64,000 nucleotides of DNA from the NCBI GenBank assembly GCA_973895155.1, contig OZ316892.1, positions 5,736,476 to 5,800,475 of the forward strand, written 5' to 3'. The stretch's first letter is position 1. Every line of letters begins with the position of its first letter. Source of the stretch: Marsupella aquatica. Lineage: Eukaryota; Plantae; Marchantiophyta. A program made the translations under genes and the position numbers. The notes beneath the pieces are model-generated. The model was not told the DNA's origin, ran no database searches, and saw only the letters and a list, made by a program, of their open reading frames with translations. Below are positions 59,441 to 64,000 of the stretch, in pieces.

Positions 59441-61166
59441 TGTAGAACTTGAAAACTTATCATGGTGCAAAATATATCTTTGTTAAAAAGGTCTGCACAC
59501 AAAGGAGCACCCAAGGCTGCAGGATCCATGTCGACTCGAGGTATTCATTATTATTGGACCGCTTATGATCTGCTACCCTTGCCTCGCTTTGGCCCTCTCA
59601 GATATTTGGTCGTGGCTCTCAGACCTGAACCCTCCCCTTGGGCTACTGTCTGAAGCTCTTGCATGCGTGGGTTGTGGGAGTCTTGTGCTACGCATTCTTC
59701 ACTGCTCTTGATTTTAGTTATTCACCTCGACTAATGAGAACATGTTGACATTGAATCGCGACTCTCCTGATATCAAACAGTCATGTTCTCTGTCTCTCCG
59801 CTGCAATAAACTTCTTTGTGTCTGAGGTTCTGTTTAGTTTACTGCCATGTATAAAGATAAACGCAACAACTGAGGCTTCCGAAATTGTCAAAAACGTCCC
59901 CGTGGAGAACTCCATAGATTGTGCTGACTGGCATGTCGTTCGTAATCTGGTGTAGATGTTTCAGACAAAAACAATAACTATGACTTACTTCTAGTATGAA
60001 ATACACTAGACCTGAATCAAGATATTGTCAAGACACCACACTCGATGGAAGCTTAGGCTACATTCCCTCAAAATAAACAGGTGACAGCTCGCTGACCATA
60101 TCTTGGAGTACTACGTCCAAGATTACATCCCAACTAAGTATCCGTCTTTGGACATATATAGATGGTAAGAGGTTTCGGCCCTGATAGTTATGCCTGAAAA
60201 ATCATTGGGCCCTAAAGGTATGCCCCCTTGCTTACCGATTCGTTGAGCATAAATAGAGAGATGACAGAGGAGAAAAAACCATTACATAACAAGTATTCCA
60301 TGTGATTCGGGTTCATCTTTGCCCTCATCCCCATTTGTTTGTGATCCTCAATTAGCATCAGGGTCTAGAAGGAGCTTCACAAGAGCCCCAAGGAGTAGCC
60401 CTTTATTAATTAGATTAGTCGCCAGTAGCATACAATACATGTTAAATACAGTACAGAAACAGATATTCGACACTTTAAACTGTACACAACACTAATCTAC
60501 TAAAAACATGTTACATGAGGTTATATTATATATTATATATATATATATATTAGAACACTTAGCTACAAAATGCTCGTGTAAAGCACCCTTCGAAGATGGA
60601 AAAAGGGAACATCGTTGACATTCTATCCTCCAGAGTTGCACTAGAGGCTAGACAGCGCGCAGTCCAAGAAAAGCTCGAATTAAATGCATAGTGGAAGCCC
60701 ATTAAAAAATATTCCATGATTCCAGCAAGCAAGCACACCTATAAGCCAGCCAGTAGCAGCAGTCGAGAAGCACATGGACGGACGAAGGCTGCTGCTGACG
60801 ATGAGCGGTGTCACTCATCCGAGGACTCCCCATGATTCCAATCCCAAATGTCTGAAGCTTTGGGTGGTGAGGAGAAGCACCCACTACAGTTACTATCGTA
60901 GAGCTCGTCCATACTAAATTTAACACCTGATGTCATTTAGATATATTTAATGGAAGTCCAAAGATAACTTTTTTTCTTAACACCAAAAGTTGCACACTCT
61001 CCCAGTGTACCTCCGGTCCCATCCCACTAGAGTTATCATTTAGTGTGAGATGTTATTCTAATGCACTCTTATGTAATATTTATAACGTAAGATTGTCATT
61101 GTAAAACACAACATTGTATACATTGATCACAATGCATACAAACATCAATCCTAATGTCAAACTAAG

Positions 61167-62566
61167 ATCACCACACTCAATCTGAGAGGCCTAAGGCTGG
61201 TAGGAACGGTCTCAACCCTCCTGGGCCAGCTTCTAAATCTGCAGAATCTCGACCTCTCCCATAACTCCTTGCATGGCACAATACCAGCCAGTGTTGGCAA
61301 CTGCTCCAATCTGTTGCATGTCAACATGTCGTTCAATTAAATGAAGAAGACCTCCCTCCTCCAGTGGGAAATCTTGACAAATGTCAAACTCTAGACTTGT
61401 CCAATAACAATCTCACTGGATGGATTCACGAATAAAACACTTGGCAACTGCTCGGCATTACCACATCTAGAGTTAGGTACGAATTCTTTTTGACAGAGGC
61501 ATTTCTTCTCAATTCGGCGCTTTGTCGAGTTTGAAGTTTCTCAGTCTCGAGAACAGCTCAATTTCTGGCTCCATTCCACTTTGGGTAATTTCTCATCACT
61601 GACCGAGCTATAGTTGAGCTACAATGTTGGACTGAGGGGGGAGCTCCCAGTCCAATTGGGGGAGTTGATTCACTTGCAAAAATTTCTGGTACTAAGGTGC
61701 AGTTTCGGGGGGAGTTTGCCTACGTGGACACTGAATCTGACCTCAATGCAGCATCTCAACCTAGGTTACAGTCAATTGGCTGGTCAGCTACCTCAGACAA
61801 TTATCCAGTCTTACCTTTCTGGGATTGGATGACAATGTTTGGGATGGATCGGACATTCCACATGAGATAGGTTCATTGACTAATTTGTATTATCTTACCA
61901 TCGATAATAGTGGTCTCGTCGGAGAGATTGCAAGATCCCTTTTCAATATCACCTCCGTTCAAATTCTTCTGTTGCACGAGAACCACCTGACGAGTTGACG
62001 GGTGCTATCCCAGCTGAAATAGGTTTGCTGACAAACTTGGAATGGCTATATCTGTATAGGAACGCATTCAGCGGCGTACTTACCTCATCTTTATCTAATT
62101 GTTCACTCTTTCAGTTCCTTGAAAACCCAGGACTTTATCCTCAACCTTTGCCCTTCTGGACAGGATCGTTCCAATACTTGATTAATCTCTATTTACCTGA
62201 GATGAATTTTCAAGGAGAGATTACGAATGAGATTGGTCACTGTCCCAACTACAGCAATTCGAAGTGCTCTTTCACAATTTGTCCGGAGTGCTTCCAGAGT
62301 CTCTGGGAAACCGCACTAATTAATATTTACTATATTGACGTTAATTAGCTCCAATCAGCTCGCCGGTCAGGTTAAGGGTGAGTTGGGACAGATTTCACAA
62401 ATGAAAACTCTCGCCATTTCAGATCACGTTTTTTCAGATGGCCTTTCCCGACGTTCATTTACAATCTGACAAACTTATACGACATTGGAGTCGAAGGTAA
62501 TCGATTCAACAGAAACTTGTTAGAAGGAGATTTTGGAAGGCTTCAGAATTTGATTTATTTTGAAGA
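61167..62566 (+). pseudogene. Partial duplicate pseudogene of the LRR-RLK ectodomain (corresponds to ~54135-55540)
   Basis: High nucleotide similarity with multiple stops and frameshifts. Lacks the signal peptide, TM segment and kinase. Confidence 0.93.
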
Positions 62567-62928
62567 CGAATTCAGGGAGACGAGTCCCTGCATTGTCATT
62601 CAATGCACCTCGATTCTCCCCCATAGTCCACCGGAATACTCTCCATTTTTGTGTCTCACTTTAGTTTCAGGCCAGCCACATTTTTGGGTCCCGGTTCAGT
62701 TTTGAGGACACAAATTTTTGAGGAGTTCTAATGTTTGATAGTTTTAACTTATTCACAAATAATGTAAAACTATAATATCAATTTTAAAAATATCAATATA
62801 TTTGTTAATATAAAATATAAAATAATTATAAAATATTAAATGGTAATGAGCATGGAGAATTGATGCACAGAAGTAGTGTGTGACCTAGTTGTATTGGAGG
62901 TCAGTTGAGACTATGATGTGGCATGTTC

Positions 62929-64000
62929 AAGGCACACGATAGGCAACTTTTCTTTTCTTTGATTGAGGGCATGGAAAGGAATGAGGGGGCGGGGGTGTCT
63001 AATCGTATCTGAAAATGAAAATGGTAAATGAGATATATATGGGGGTTTCAAGTAATTTGGAGATAGCAAAAATAACAAAGGAAACACCCATGAGAGCCAG
63101 GGAGATAAATACCTATTTTGTTAATTTCTTGTACCTGCCCATTGTTGTGAGGTGCCAATCATGTTCCTGGTGGGGTAGTTGCTTTCAGTTTTAGGAAGAA
63201 TCCAACAAAAGAGGTTAGCCTGAGAAGCCAACAAAAGAGATTAGAAGTCAAAAGGCAAACAATATTAGAGGTGGTGTTCACAGGAGAAGACAGGCCTTGT
63301 GCAACAAGCTGAGAAACCAGTAAGACAAAAGAAAGCCCCTTGAAAAAGGCACAAAAACCAACCCAGCAGAAGGCCCCTATGAAGCGAGTCCAAAAGTGTG
63401 TGGTAGAGAAGACAACAGGGCCAGGATTGAGAAGTGTGCTCCAATAGACAGGTTTTTTAAAGTTTGCAAGGAATTGGTGCAATCATGGGTCTTAATTGGT
63501 TGAGTGTCTTGACAAATGTGTCAAGCACAGCACCTTTGGTAGACTTGTTTTCCAGGGTAGCCAACTTAGACTATTTCCAACCTTGTATGGTAGACTGCCA
63601 TTGGCTTCTAGGTTTTCTATTGTTTTGAAAAAAAAATTCATGAATAAAGTTTTGCTTCTTATACAATAAAATGTGTGCTTACCATGAATGATTTAGGAGA
63701 TAAATGGTTTTTTATGTGATCATGTCACTCTCCTCAACTTTTCTGTTGCTGCTATATGGAGCATCCTTGGACCTTCATATCCCCAAGTCCAATTTGTTTG
63801 GACATTATTTTAATTTTTATGCCTGTCTTTGATGGGTGTCTCCTTTGTTATTTTTTCTATCCCCAAAATTACTTGAACCCCTCATATATATTTCATTTAC
63901 CATTTCCATTTTCAAATACAATTAGACACCCCGCCCCTCTAACTTTCATTCCTTTCCATGCCCTCAATCAAAGAAAAGAAAAGTTGTCTGTCATGTGCCT
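62929..64000. mobile_element. Long inverted-repeat element (Mutator/foldback-like), arms at ~62929-63110 and ~63815-64000, probably extending beyond the window
   Basis: AACTTTTCTTTTCTTTTGATTGAGGGCATGGAAAGGAATG... is the reverse complement of ...CATTCCTTTCCATGCCCTCAATCAAAGAAAAGAAAAGTT over about 180 bp. Confidence 0.8.

Noticed and set aside
60702-60860. Minus-strand remnant resembling a GPI-anchor C-terminus (SSAAAFVRP..LLLLAGL.VCLLAGIMEYF)
   Set aside because: Short, interrupted by stops, and with no upstream domain found.

Overview
Eukaryotic, TE-rich land-plant nuclear DNA. A bryophyte or liverwort origin is inferred from the gene and TE families, not proven. From left to right: a decayed minus-strand cluster (plant-TE-type ORF with DAEPES repeats, an intron-containing PIF/Harbinger transposase, an RPA70C-like OB-fold ORF); a hAT-type MITE; a conserved multi-exon plant gene (At2g02148-like, C-terminal double Zn ribbon); two intronless AIG1/GIMAP-like GTPase genes, one with an extra N-terminal pseudo-GTPase domain; two young, divergently oriented full-length Ty1/Copia elements; an organellar LSU rRNA fragment; small Helitron-like elements, one with a nested L1 3' end; a frameshifted LRR receptor kinase with a pseudogenised partial copy; and a long-TIR element at the right edge. 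The most striking observation is in the two Copia elements. Their LTRs show no evident similarity beyond the termini, yet both carry an antisense ORF filling the space between pol and the PPT. It encodes an N-terminal hydrophobic helix plus a C-terminal RNase H1 hybrid-binding / caulimovirus viroplasmin (Cauli_VI-type) domain. Both elements also share an equal-length (~25 aa) insertion in their own RNase H domain.
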